Assembly (NCBI GenBank): GCA_951406725.2
Contig: OX597815.1
Span: 197,532,001 to 197,596,000, forward strand
Direction of reading: 5' to 3'
Source: Octopus vulgaris
Taxonomy: Eukaryota
Length of the DNA stretch: 64,000 nucleotides
The position numbers and the translations under genes were made by a program. The notes beneath the pieces were generated by a model. It was not told where the DNA came from and made no database searches. It was given only the letters and a program-made list of their open reading frames with translations. Below, piece after piece: positions 1 through 12,929 of the stretch. Position 1 is the stretch's first letter, and each line of letters opens with the position of its first letter.

Positions 1-157
1 CTTTTTTCAGTTTCCATCTACCAAATCCACTGACAAGGCTTTGGTCGGTCCGAGGCTATAGTAGAATACACTCGCTCAAGGTGCCACGCAGTGGGACTGA
101 ACCCGGAACCATGTGGTTGGCAAGATATCTACTTAGCACACAGCCACTCCTGCGCCT
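1..157 (-). mobile_element. tRNA-derived SINE family A, 5' half (runs off the window edge)
   Basis: The reverse complement reads GGCGCAGGAGTGGCTGTGTG...GGTTCCGGGTTCAGTCCCACTGCGTGGCACC with A/B-box-like motifs, and matches the copies at 16800, 20026 and 25872. Confidence 0.9.
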
Positions 158-714
158 ATATATACGCCTACGCATACACCAATACGAAGCTCTGTGTATC
201 TACAAACACGCACACACATGTATATATATATATACACGGTTCACATTTATAAACTGAATAGAAAACCTCTATGAAGTAATAATTCGTAACAGAATTATTG
301 TAGGGCAAATTTGCCCTTGAATGAGAATGAAAGTTACGGTACATTTTGCCATAATTGCGGCTTCATATGAGCTGAAGTACACTATACACCATAAGCATTC
401 GGCGAAGAATATACAAGCAATATCGAGTAAGGCTTCAGTGATTGATTTATTAAGGTAATGATGTGCGTAGGCACGGGGATTAGTGGCAAGGGTGTTGCAC
501 ACGATCGGAACATTATTCTTTCGATTCCTATACGGGCGAGGAGTTATTGTTTTTTGAAAAGCACTTCCATTTCACACTGCTTCAAACCATTCTGCGATGG
601 ACTTTAAGCGGAATATTTGCTGTGCGGAATCTGGGAAGAATCTTTAAACACTCTCTTGTGTATTTATGATGGTATGGATGTATGTATGCATATATGTATG
701 TATTTATGTGTGCG

Positions 715-1002
<288 letters not shown>

Positions 1003-1006
<4 letters not shown>

Positions 1007-1205
1007 CCATGATAGATCATTAGCTCCTACACGCATTTTTTTCTCTCCTTGTTTTTTTCTGTGTCCCTTTCTGTCGAAGAGCGTAGGCTCGAAACGTAAA
1101 AGACTTTTTCTATTTCTATTCCTTAGCGCTATACTAATACATTTGTTTGTTTGTACTCCACTAGCCTTCGTCTTTTGTTTATTTTCGTAAACTTTTCCTT
1201 TATGT
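1003..1205 (+). mobile_element. Penelope-like terminal repeat fragment with a hammerhead-like motif
   Basis: CTTT-CTGTCGAA-GAGC-GTAG-GCTC-GAAACGTA-AAAG at 1067-1102. Homologous to 55795-55935 (-) and related to 24163-24300 (-). Embedded in TA repeats. Confidence 0.6.
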
Positions 1206-1297
1206 TTATATATATTTATACATATAGGTGTGTGTGTGCACGTGTGTGTATGTATATCTATTCCATCGTTTGTGGCGGGAGGGACTAAGATATATAC

Positions 1298-1830
1298 ATA
1301 CAAATCTTGTATTCTAAATACACTTTTCTACGGGGAAGAAGCATGGTCTCCAAACTAGAGATTTATAAAGAAATTCAAAATCTTTCACATGCACTGTTTA
1401 CGCAATATCTGCAACATATAATAGCAGCATAAGATATCAAAAGCCAAGATTTTAGCAAAATGTGATATCTTCAGTATCGAAGGCATTCTGCTGAGTATTC
1501 AGTGCAGATGGGTCGGACACGCTTGACTGCAAGATAATCGCTTTCCCAAATAACTGTTTTGTACAACCAACAATAAGAAGTGTACAGCAGTAATAGAAAG
1601 TTCATACTGAGGTATAAGGAAATTTTCAAAAAAATCACTAAAATCTGGATGGCGTAAAATATGTCATGATGCATCTGAACCATTTAAATGAAAGAAAAAG
1701 AAAAACGAAAGAATCATATCCTGCTATCGACAGGCACAGTTGTCCAATACTAAGGAAAATCATTTTCGTCCCTATTGTGACGTAATGGCAAAATCTATAC
1801 CTAGACTCAAATTAAATTCACTCATCCATT
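1298..1830 (+). pseudogene. Decayed RTE (BovB-like) LINE ORF C-terminal region
   Basis: Hand translation gives YKSCILNTLFYGEEAW...FHMHCLRNICNI..QHKISKAKIL...SIEGILLSIQCRWVGH..DNRFPK*LF, matching the RTE post-RT motifs LLYG.E.W, FH..CLR.I and RW.GH...RLPK. Many stops. Confidence 0.8.
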
Positions 1831-1948
1831 GCATATAGATGTGTTAATATTTCGTGTTAATATTTTTTGTAACTCTTTCTTGTTAATACTTTCCTGAAAA
1901 TACTCATACGGCGAGATCGATGGAAGTGGTCCTCATAGATATATATAT

Positions 1949-2016
<68 letters not shown>

Positions 2017-3096
2017 TATGCGGTTGAGTAAATTGTATTCTGGTCGGGTTCGGCTGAAGAGCTACAGATATGTTATGTGAGTAAAATTACATAATTTATT
2101 AATAGCGAAACAATTGCCCTGAACTAATCTGCATTTTTGTTATTTTTATATGCCCTGTTCGTTTGCGCTAGTAGTCGTGCTAACTTTCATCGGAAACAAT
2201 TCTTTGTGGCTGAAACCTAGCGGATCTATTTTTAGTGCTAGAGTCGACCACATAGTGGTTACTCCTTTACATTTATATATTTACTATATTTCCAAGCAAA
2301 GAAAATTATTCCTCACATATTCTGTATGTTTACTTTTATTGATGAGAAATATCATACTATTATGCAAAGTAAATATAACCAAGCAACAATAGATAGTGTG
2401 ACATTATATAATTGAGAATACAATGTAAAGTTGTTTAAAAGAATTCAAGTTATAGATCTTTAGATGAATTCAAAAAGTTATAGATTAAATTTATTGTAGT
2501 TACCGTAATAAGCGTAACCGTAATAAGTCATGTTTATCGTTATCGAATGACGTAGCTTCAGCACTTACAGTAGAAACTGTAGCTAACCGAAATAAACTTA
2601 CATTTAAAAGGTGTGTAAATCATGAATTAATACATGGTACTTGCAATAAATATACACTCAGGAAAATAGCGTTACCTCACAGTTTTATTATTGGGAAAAT
2701 CTATGTAAGTGAACTTTCGTATAAAATATATATCAAAGTGGATTAAGTGTTTTCAAATACAAATCCGTTATTTCTAAATAATTATGGTTATTTCTAAATA
2801 ATAATAATAATAATAATAAATAATATATTGGCGATATATGTTTCATTGTACCCGATTTTGCTCGTTAATGACACAATATAAAGCAACATATCAATAAAGA
2901 ATATTATTTCCTTATTTAGACTCGAGAATAAAATTTATAAGCAACCATATCGTTATGTTTTACCCTGTCACTATATACATTACGCATTTTGTAGAAGAGA
3001 AATAAATATTTTCGGATATTACTTTGTATGAGGAGAAACATAAAGTGTAAGAATTTGGATACAAAGTACTTATTTAGTTCTTTCTTTCAAAGATTA

Positions 3097-4603
3097 CCAG
3101 GAGAGGTTGTATTGTAAGTAGCATGCCTACTTCCGGTTACCCAGAATGCAACAGTAGTTGGTCTGGAGTGTTACAGTGAGAAAGACGCGTGTTTTGGCTC
3201 CGTGAATTGAAAAAACAGAACAAAAAGCAAAATGGTCAATTAAGGCTCGATCTAGCGAGCAAAAATATTGTGTTCTCGTCACCATAACGGTGAATTGAGA
3301 ATTTTTGTTGGAAACTTCTTGGTGTGGCGATTTTTCGCCAAATAATTTGTAAATTCTAGTGGGCGTATCTCGCTAGAAAAAATTGGAATTGACCTAATTG
3401 GAGTACTTCAAGACTAACCCCGACTATTGGATTACCTGTTGGAGTATTATACAAAGGAATCCCTCTGTTCTATTTGTGAGGTTTTCTTTTAATTTTTCCC
3501 TTCTTCCATTTTTTCGTCTTTTCTAAATTTTGGTTCATTCTTTTCATTATTTTAATTTCAGTTTCCTTTTCTTCTCTTTTATTTTGTTTAACTTTTACTC
3601 GGTTTTAATAGTTTGGCGGACTGGTTTTTTTTTTGACATGGCAGAGAAGGAACTTAAAAAGAAAGGAAATTAACCCGCCTAAGCAGTGGTTAAAAGATAT
3701 GGAGGAGAGGACATTGGTGGTTAGAACCGAAAAGGGATTATAAAGGAAGAAGGCGGGCAACAATAGTTGCCCGCCGAAGGACCCTAAGGCTTCGGGAGGT
3801 GGGGAAGAGACTCCGGACAAAGCGGAAGAGCTCCGCTCTCCCGACTTCAGGGAGAAAAGAAAGAAAAGAAAGAAGAACGGGTCATTGCAGGTGGGAGATG
3901 ATGTGCCGTCTGCATGTCCCGAAGTTGTGCCACCCACGGTGGAAGAAATGACCTCCACCGTTAAACATGATGAATTAATTCTCTTTTTCTACTGGGGTGG
4001 GGAGGTGGAAAATAGTAGAACATAAAGAGACAGTAGATATGGACTTCACACGGGATCCCGAATGGCCTCCGCTGATAGTTGTGGAGGTCATAAGGTTTCC
4101 CTTGCGGGAAAGGCTTAAAGGATTTGGGGAGGAGTGTCGCATATGGCCAGGCGGCCTTTACATGACTTGCATGTCCTACATGAGTGAGTAATGGCAAATG
4201 GCGGGATACAGGAACTCAAGCGGCATTGAAGATAATGATGGATATATTGATGGCTATACCGATGAGTAGGAGGTGAAAAAGACTGATTAGAAGGTTTGAA
4301 ACCTCGTCTTATTGCATTATTTGTAGTGGTTTATAACCTCAAATGTGTCATTTAAAGAAAAACATCTTAAGTAAGAGGTTTTAATGCCTCCTTCAGGTTT
4401 GAAACCTCATATTGATTTTTTTTTAAAAAGAAAATATGTATTCGAGAAAAATCCAATCGGTGGGTGTTGGGTTTCGTCTCTCATTTATTCATTTAATTTC
4501 ATTTTCATTCATTAATCTGTTTGTCCAACCCGCAAATCTACACATTCTATTCATGACAAATTTAAGGAAATAAAGTAGCCTGCTTATCAACCACATGGTT
4601 CCG

Positions 4604-4667
<64 letters not shown>

Positions 4668-4860
4668 TTTGTTTGTCCCCCAACATCGCTTGACAACCGA
4701 CGCTGGTGTGTTTACGTCTCCGTAACTTTTGCCGGTTCGGCAAAAAGACCGATAGAATAAGTACTAGGGTTACAAAGAATAAGTCCTGGGGTCGATTTGC
4801 TCGACTAAACGCGGTGCTCCAGCATGGCCGCAGTGAACTGACTGGAACAAGTAAAAGAGT
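3097..4860 (+). mobile_element. SINE family A, split by a 1.44-kb insertion, with its middle part deleted
   Basis: Degenerate head CAGGAGAGGTTGTATTGTAAGTAGCATGCCTAC (3098-3130) resumes at 4573 (AAGTAGCCTGCTTATCAACCACATGGTTCCGGG). The 3' half CAACATCGCTTGACAACCG...GGAACAAGTAAAAGAG runs to about 4860. Confidence 0.85.
3131..4572 (+). mobile_element. ORF1-only L1/Tx1-like non-autonomous retroelement, copy 1
   Basis: Begins (AC)TTCCGGTTACCCAGAATGCAAC, has a T-rich 5' UTR, a broken ORF from ATG at 3638 (MAEKELKKK...) to about 4269 (...YIDGYTDE*), and ends in AATAAA overlapping the TSD. The imperfect 15-bp TSD is at 3116-3130 and 4573-4587. Colinear with 16837-18579. Confidence 0.8.
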
Positions 4861-5019
4861 TTCAAACGAATTTTATATTTCAACAAAATGACATGAAGAG
4901 TTATTTCCGCTGCTTATCGTTTAAGCATATGTAAACAAAGAGATAAAAAAAAAAAACATTTTGATGAGCGACTACAATACCTTGCTTTCTGTTACCTGCA
5001 CATGTTAATTAGTAACAAC

Positions 5020-5200
5020 AATAGAACTACTTTCTATTCTGGCTATAAGGCTAAAAATCTTGTGGGAGGGGGATTAATCGATGGCATGGACACTATTGCT
5101 CATCTGGTAATTATTTCATTGACCCCTAAAGAAAGAGGAATTTAATCTCGGCAGAATTTGAACTCGATCCCTGAAACCGGAAGAAATACAGCTAATCACT
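5020..5200 (-). mobile_element. Degenerate SINE family B
   Basis: Diverged reverse-complement match to 12629-12858 (CTCGGCAGAATTTGAACTC, TTGACCCC..AAAG). Confidence 0.6.
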
Positions 5201-5240
5201 TTCCTCGTTGCTCAATTTCAGCTCGATATTATCTCAATAA

Positions 5241-5639
5241 TCTTTATATATAAAAGTGAAGTTGTGTGTCTGTCTCCTACGATTTAGATTCCTAACTACT
5301 CCCACATTTTGCGGTGCAGTTTAACCAAAACCAGGTATCTTATTGTCGTGATTCATATCGAGTCCTTCTGGGTATTAGCGCGCGTCTACGATGTGTCTAC
5401 GATTTTAAAAAAAATTACCATTTTTTTTTCCATTTTAATGCATTTTTTTCGCTATTATATAAGGGAAGTAACTCTCTAAAAATGTCAACGATGAGTCAAC
5501 GATTAAAAAAAAAATTACCATCAGTTCTTTTCCATTTTTCATGCTTTTTTGTTTTGCTATTTTTTGGCTATAACTCTCTAAAAATGCTTACATAGTTATT
5601 TCCCTTACAAACCCGAGCAACGCCGGGCGATACTGCTAG
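5241..5639 (+). mobile_element. Non-autonomous Helitron
   Basis: 5' TC (TCTTTATATATAAAAG), subterminal GC-rich hairpin CCCG...CGGG (5612-5627), 3' CTAG, inserted between A and T with no TSD. Both ends are shared with 41311-41703. Confidence 0.8.
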
Positions 5640-6905
5640 TATATCATAAAGAAGTCATAATGTTAATTACTGAGTTTAAACAAACTTGCCGCGATGATGC
5701 ATTTGAAATTCTAAAAATTAGAATTGACACCCTACGAGTTGGTGATACACCTTCGAATAACTCGCTTAAATTCCGCACGAAAATGCGTCTATTTTTTCCG
5801 GAAATAATGAATCCTTCTTCTAATTGTTTTTCCAAATGAGAACTCATTATAAACAATTGCTTTTATCAATTCCTACGTTCGTTTCGCCATTGTGATTCTT
5901 TGCAATCTTTGTATTGGATGTTTCAAGTGCAACTGGTTGCTTAGCTGGAACGGAATACTTTATTGCATAATGTTACATACATCAGATGTTACAGAAATCA
6001 AATGTCCTACATTCCCTGTGTCTATTATAAGTAGTAGAACTACTACGTGTGTATGTATTTGTGTGTATGTGTGTGTGTGGTGTGCCTACGTACAGCTAAA
6101 CATTTTCGCAGATGTATGTATAAATACATATGTTGGCACACACACATACACACACTCACATTTATATATATATATCCGTCTATGATATGTGTTGTGTGAG
6201 AGACGTATCTAATGGTATATGCGTTTGTGTAAGAGAATATTAACAAGAAATTCATCGATCGCAATTATTCAAATGGTAAATTTAAACTCACCCAAAGGTG
6301 ATAGGTAAAATATTTTGAGTTTAATTATTACATAAGTATAAAAGGATTAATGGCTCAGTAAGAACATTAACTGCAACTTATATGAATAGATTGATTATAA
6401 TGGAATGTAATGGAATATTGCTTTAAGCAACTGTTAAATATACATGTTTACGAATAGATATTATTCCTTCACATTTGTATATGTAACATAAGCACATAGA
6501 AAATTACAATAATATATTTAGCAGTTCAGAACTTCTAACATTAATATATACGGATTATTTATGTAATACACATGATAAAGTAGGAATGAGAAAAGTACAA
6601 AATTTTGAAGAATACATATAAAATAAAACAAAAAGCGAGAGAGATGTAGTTTTGGTGAGGAAATAATTATTCATCCACATCGAATGCAATACGTAACTTT
6701 TGATAGTTATGTAATGCCCAAAGCATTAAAACTCTAATAATAAATAGTTATACAGAATTTGAAAATGATATAATTATTTTCATTTTTGAAGAGTGTAGGA
6801 GAGAACATTGAAAATTTGTTCGTTATATTGCTACTTCAGCATATAGGGCGCTACATAATAATGGATGACAAACTGGGCTTTACATATATTTTCCTACATA
6901 AGTAA

Positions 6906-7997
6906 TCATCATCATCATCATTGTTCAACCGTGGTCGAGACAATGGAATTTACCATGCTATGCCAGACTTCACGGTCCATCATGGCATTACGGAGGTCCT
7001 GTTGCTGGATGCCTGTATCCCAGGAGATTACATCAAGGTAGGAGAGTGTGCGCCCTTTGGTATTGCGAGTAGATGGCTTCCAGAGGAGAAGAGTAGAAAT
7101 TGCCTCGCTTTCAGCTCTACAACAATGTCCATCAAACTGGACTCTCCTACCTTTCACGAGAGATGACACAGGTGGTAGTTTCTCATATATTTGCATTTTG
7201 GTTGGATGACGCTTCCACGAGAGATTTTGAGCTCTCATAAGGAGGCGAATGTAGGTTCCATCCAACCGCCTCTCAAGCTTCTTTGATAACGTCAAGGTTT
7301 CTGAGCCATATAGTAGAATTGGTTCGACTGTGGCTTTGAAGATTTCAAGTTTGAAGTCTCTACTTAGATTTGACGACCAGATCTTATGCATGTCATTATA
7401 GCCTGACCAGGCCATACCCTTTCTAGTTAGAAAATCTTTTCCAGATGATGATATGTATGACCCAAGATATTTGTAATCAGAAATCATATTTAGGAGCGCA
7501 TTGTTGAGAGTATGGATGATGCAATCACTGTTGGACAGGCACTTGTTTATATATTCAGTCTTGGCCACATTGAGGTAAAGACCTACACAATTTGAGGCTT
7601 GTTCGAGAGATTGTAAAAGGGACTGGGTATTGGAGAGAGAATCACTAATAAGAGCGATGTCGTCAGCAAAGTCAGTGTCTGTCAAGTATTCAGCTGGGTG
7701 TCTGGAACTCCTTGGTTTTATTTCAAAGCCCTTGCCAGAGATGGTATCAACTGACATACGTAGCACATAGTCAACGACAATGATGAAAATAAATGGGGCG
7801 AGTGTGTACCCGTGGAGTATTCCGGCTTTGATTGAGAAAGATGATGTTTCACCGTCAGGGGTTAAGATGGCTGAAGACGTATCTGTGTAGAGGACCTTAA
7901 TGGCAGAAATGATTTTGTCTGGTATCCCATAGAGCTTAAGGATTTCAAACATCTTGTACCTATCTACAGAGTCGAACGCTTTAGAAAAGTCTAAATG
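6906..7997 (-). mobile_element. 5'-truncated RTE-clade (RTE-X-like) LINE with an open RT C-terminal frame and (TGA)n tail
   Basis: ORF 6918-8117 contains LDFSKAFDSV, GILHGYTLAPFIF, DFADDIAL, YKYLGS and LLYGSE. The (TCA)n at 6906-6920 is the 3' tail. The ORF portion upstream of about 7997 is flanking DNA. Confidence 0.95.
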
Positions 7998-8469
7998 TGT
8001 ATATTCCCTTCTTAACCTTAGCAACGATATATATTGAGTTGCCCGTAGATGTATAGCTATGAATATTGTGCATTTATTGACATTCTTGAAATGTAATTGA
8101 AAATGATGAGTGAACACTGATAAAAACTTCTAACAAGTTAATTTCAAATTAGACGTAATAGTTTAAGCAAGGAAATTATTGAGAAAGATTGTTTGTGTTT
8201 TGTCAGAATTGCTTTTATAGTTAGATGTATTTGGAAGAAATACTACAGCTCAAATTATAATTCAGAAATTGCAATCAAAACCGTGTGATGTGCTCATCTT
8301 ATAGTGGCTCTCAATCTGATAAAACCCAGAAATATATTATTCACATTTTAGTAACATTAAAATTTGTAGGCTTCATGTAAATTCCTACAGGTTTAACTTC
8401 GTTTTGACGTATCTGTTTAGAAATAATTTAATTACTATCATGACTCCTTCTCGAATCATATAGATACTT

Positions 8470-8688
8470 AAGGCTGCTTTCCCGGATTTTCTGGCGCATA
8501 ATCTCCTCCGAACTGGCGGAGTCAGTCGTAGGAATATTCTCACGGTTCCTAGTCAGCTGAGTGGACTGAATCAACCTGAAATGAAATGTTTTACTGAAGG
8601 ACAACGCGCGACCCGTTCCAGGAATCGAAACAACAATCTTATGTTCATGAATTCAAAACACTAACCAAAAACCAATGCGCCTCCACAT
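8470..8688 (-). mobile_element. SINE family C, diverged
   Basis: Reverse-complement similarity to 51287-51430 (CAGCTGAGTGGACTG, GGAATCGAA, CTAACCA). Confidence 0.7.
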
Positions 8689-9231
8689 TCATAAGTGTGT
8701 ATTTTGAATAATTTTTTTAGAGGAGTCTTGGAGGGCAATGCACTTTGAATTAATATGTGTGTTATGTAATCATTTATTGCTCCTCTAATGACTAGAAAAT
8801 GTAACATATCCGACCATGATTTAAACTGGCTGCGCTTGTTTGTATACCAATCAGTTTATCTCAGAAACGGCTGAATATCTTATAAGATAAATATAGGAAG
8901 TCTGTTTGACATTCACTTGCGTGTTAACAGTAAATCATATATTAAGCGACCTTTACTACAGAAATATTACTATAAGTCAAATTATAAATTTGCAATAAGT
9001 GATCAAAACAGTACCATGCGATGGGATTTTCAATATCCTGGCTGCACACCTATGGCGTTTATTAAAAAATACATATTAATAAATTTGATTTCTTTTTGCT
9101 CAGTAATAATGTATCATATTTATTGAGGAATGGTGTGGAGATAGTATGACATTAATATATTTCCAATTACCGGAGAAAGTAATGCAATTTTGCTCTTCCT
9201 GAGAACTAAGATTCAGTAAATGATTTCCTAG

Positions 9232-9300
<69 letters not shown>

Positions 9301-10393
9301 TATATGTTAATAATAATTCAATTTCTCCAGAGACTTTCGTTTAAAATTTAGACATAATTCTGAGAAAATTATCTGAAGATTTAATCCATATTTAGTAACA
9401 AAACTTTCGTGTCTTGTTAATGATTCAATATACGAACTTTTAACAAGGGTCGAAATGGACCGAGCTGTTGTATAATTAAATGCATTCGTCCCTTGCATTC
9501 AAAATTGTTTCTCAAAGACTAATTATGTGAAATATAATATTTCCTGTTAGGTAAGATATATTACAATATAAAAGAAATGTGTATGTATAACAGAGTGGTT
9601 GTTGTCAAAGTGAATCATGCCTCAGGGTAAAGTGAAGCAGACAAGGCTCTTAATGTATATATTAAAAAGTCTAAATTAAATTAGTCTGACGTATAATAGG
9701 TTAAAGCCAGTCTGAAAAAAATTCAATACAATTTGATATTACCAGACGAGTGAATTATAAGATATAGTCACTAATATCTCAGAAAATATACAATCAAAAT
9801 CTGAGTATTATTTTAAATTCATCACGATGTTGATATTCTATCATGGCGAGTTTGTCAACCATATTCAGATAAAGTATGTGTGATATAAGTAAAATCCATT
9901 AATAATTTTGAACAAAATATATAATCTATATACACATAACTACTCAATGATCGAGTAAAAATAAATAAATTTGAAGGGAATTCTAGTTGTTGCACCTACA
10001 ATTGCTCTGTTTCTCGCTTATTATTCATTATGTTCTACATTTGTTTCTTCTACACCATTCTCATTTTCACATTCGTCTTCTTAACACAACTATTAGCATA
10101 ATTGCTTGTTGTTTATATACGTCTCTCTCCTTTATCACTGACTACAAGCATTACCGCATGAACAGCACTAACAAAGTTAACAAGAATAAAAGCTATAAGC
10201 TATAATAAACGCGCCTATAAAGGTGTCATGTTCGTATGTTACAGATTCTCTCACTTGGAAGAACAGTATATTTTATACATTTTCTTCAACTCTGTTACTA
10301 TTATTAACGTTCAAGTATTTTATCCTATGGTGATTATTGCTTCTACACTTATTCGATATTATGTATGAATGTATGAACGTATGTATTTAACTA

Positions 10394-10423
10394 TGTATGT
10401 ATGTATGTATGTATGTATCTATA

Positions 10424-10488
<65 letters not shown>

Positions 10489-10533
10489 CTCTCTCTATAT
10501 ATATATGTATGAATGTATGTATGTATGTATGTA

Positions 10534-10578
<45 letters not shown>
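10394..10578. repeat. Compound microsatellite (TATG)n(TATC)n(TA)n
   Basis: Directly visible. Confidence 0.95.
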
Positions 10579-10580
<2 letters not shown>

Positions 10581-10847
10581 AGGTAGGGAAATAATAATAT
10601 AGATATTTATATATATGAATATATGTGTATATTTGTATATATATTTGAGTGTGGGTATGTGTGCGTGTTTGCGTGTTCGCTTGTCTATGTTTATGTGTAT
10701 GTGTGTGTTTAGATATATATAGATATATATTTACATACGTACACACACATACATATATTCAATTATATATATTCATTTTGGCGGCTATTTCATTTCTTTC
10801 GCAAGCTGGCCATTCTCTTCAATATATTATGATGATTAGTGTTGCTT

Positions 10848-10881
<34 letters not shown>

Positions 10882-12520
10882 AGATAATAATGGTAATAAT
10901 AATAATAATAATATTTTCACATCACTTTATAGAAAACGCATATCGTTTAATTTTTTATCACGCTTTATTATATTAAGATTATCACTCCAGAGAGACGGAG
11001 AGAAATGATGAGAGGATAAGAATCTATGAGTGTGTGAATGTGTGCTCTTGTGTCTGTGTGTGTGTGTGTGTGTGATTGTTCTTGTGCCTGTGCGTAGCAT
11101 GGGAATCTCAATGTGTCTAAGATTCATCTTCTTAATGCACGTCTTAAGGAAATTCAATGTATAACTGATCGATCAAGAATAATCGATTCATATAGATACT
11201 TTATAAAGACAAGCATTTAACAATAAATAAAGGAATATTATAGTTTTCTATAACTATTTATTTCTATTGCTTCGTATTGTGTATATGAATTGAAGCCATA
11301 ATTCGAATCGAAATGCGTACGTAAATGCAGATATGAAATATCATACTTTTGATCTCTTCACTAAAATAACGATGCCAATTGTGCTCTATGCATATTATGA
11401 AACCCACAGTAATGATGAATAAAGGCTTTAAGTTTCATATCTTCTTAAACATAAATATTTCATATTCACGAAAAAAGGAAAGAAAATAGGAAAATAGGAA
11501 AATCCATGGGAAATAGTTACATATTTGATATTCGATAGAAGCTATCATTCAAATATGTATAATGAATGTATGTATTCATATATGTCTGCATATGCATGTG
11601 TGTATATATATGTAAATGTATATATACATGCATATATATATATGGATGTATATATGTATGTATATATATGTATATTTACTTATATGTATATATATTTATA
11701 TGTGTAGATGGATGTATATATGCACATATATTTGTGTGTTCGTTTGTATACACTTAGTATGTAGTTAAATATGCTATGAATGAAATAGCGTGCGTTTTAC
11801 GAATGCCAATGCATAAAGCAAATATACGATTCACATGCTTATAACATCTTAGACATATTCATAGATATTTATACTGGAATAGCTATTTCTACACAAGAAA
11901 TGAAAAAAATAGCGTTAATGAAAAAAAGTAAACATAAAAAAAATAAAAGGCTGTAGCGTATCATTTTCAAAGGAACATTTGAAATCCATATATTTATATT
12001 AGTTATTCTATAAATAATACATTACGTAGTGTATTGAAATTATAATGTGAATATCGGAATGAAAATATTTCCTCTCGGAAATTCGGCTTTACTAACAAGA
12101 ACGTTGTTTGTACATATATATGTGGCAAAAAAAATAGCGCATGAAAATGATGACCGCCACCGGGACACGATTGAATATTGAGCAAACAAATCATAGATGC
12201 ATATAGGCATACTGTATATTCATATATGATTCGTTTATATGTATTTCTGCATAGGATTTTGCTGTATCTTTTAAAAGCGTGGCGAATTCGTACCTTGTAA
12301 ATATGTATGATTTTAATGCAGATATTGAAATATTGTAATGTATATATTCTGTGCATTTATCAAGAGGAATTTGTGAAAATATTCAAGAAAAGAGGAAGCA
12401 TCAACTTCGTTAATGCAATATCAAAGAAATATACATTTTCCCCTTATATGCGAGCACCAATTCTCACATGTACACCAGCAGGCACATAGCCATATGGACA
12501 ATCGTTCATATGTGTGTACG

Positions 12521-12929
<409 letters not shown>

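Noticed and set aside
6918-8117. 399-aa ORF as a functional host CDS
   Set aside because: It is a 5'-truncated LINE RT fragment. The first ~40 codons are chance read-through from flanking DNA, and the endonuclease and RT N-terminus are missing.
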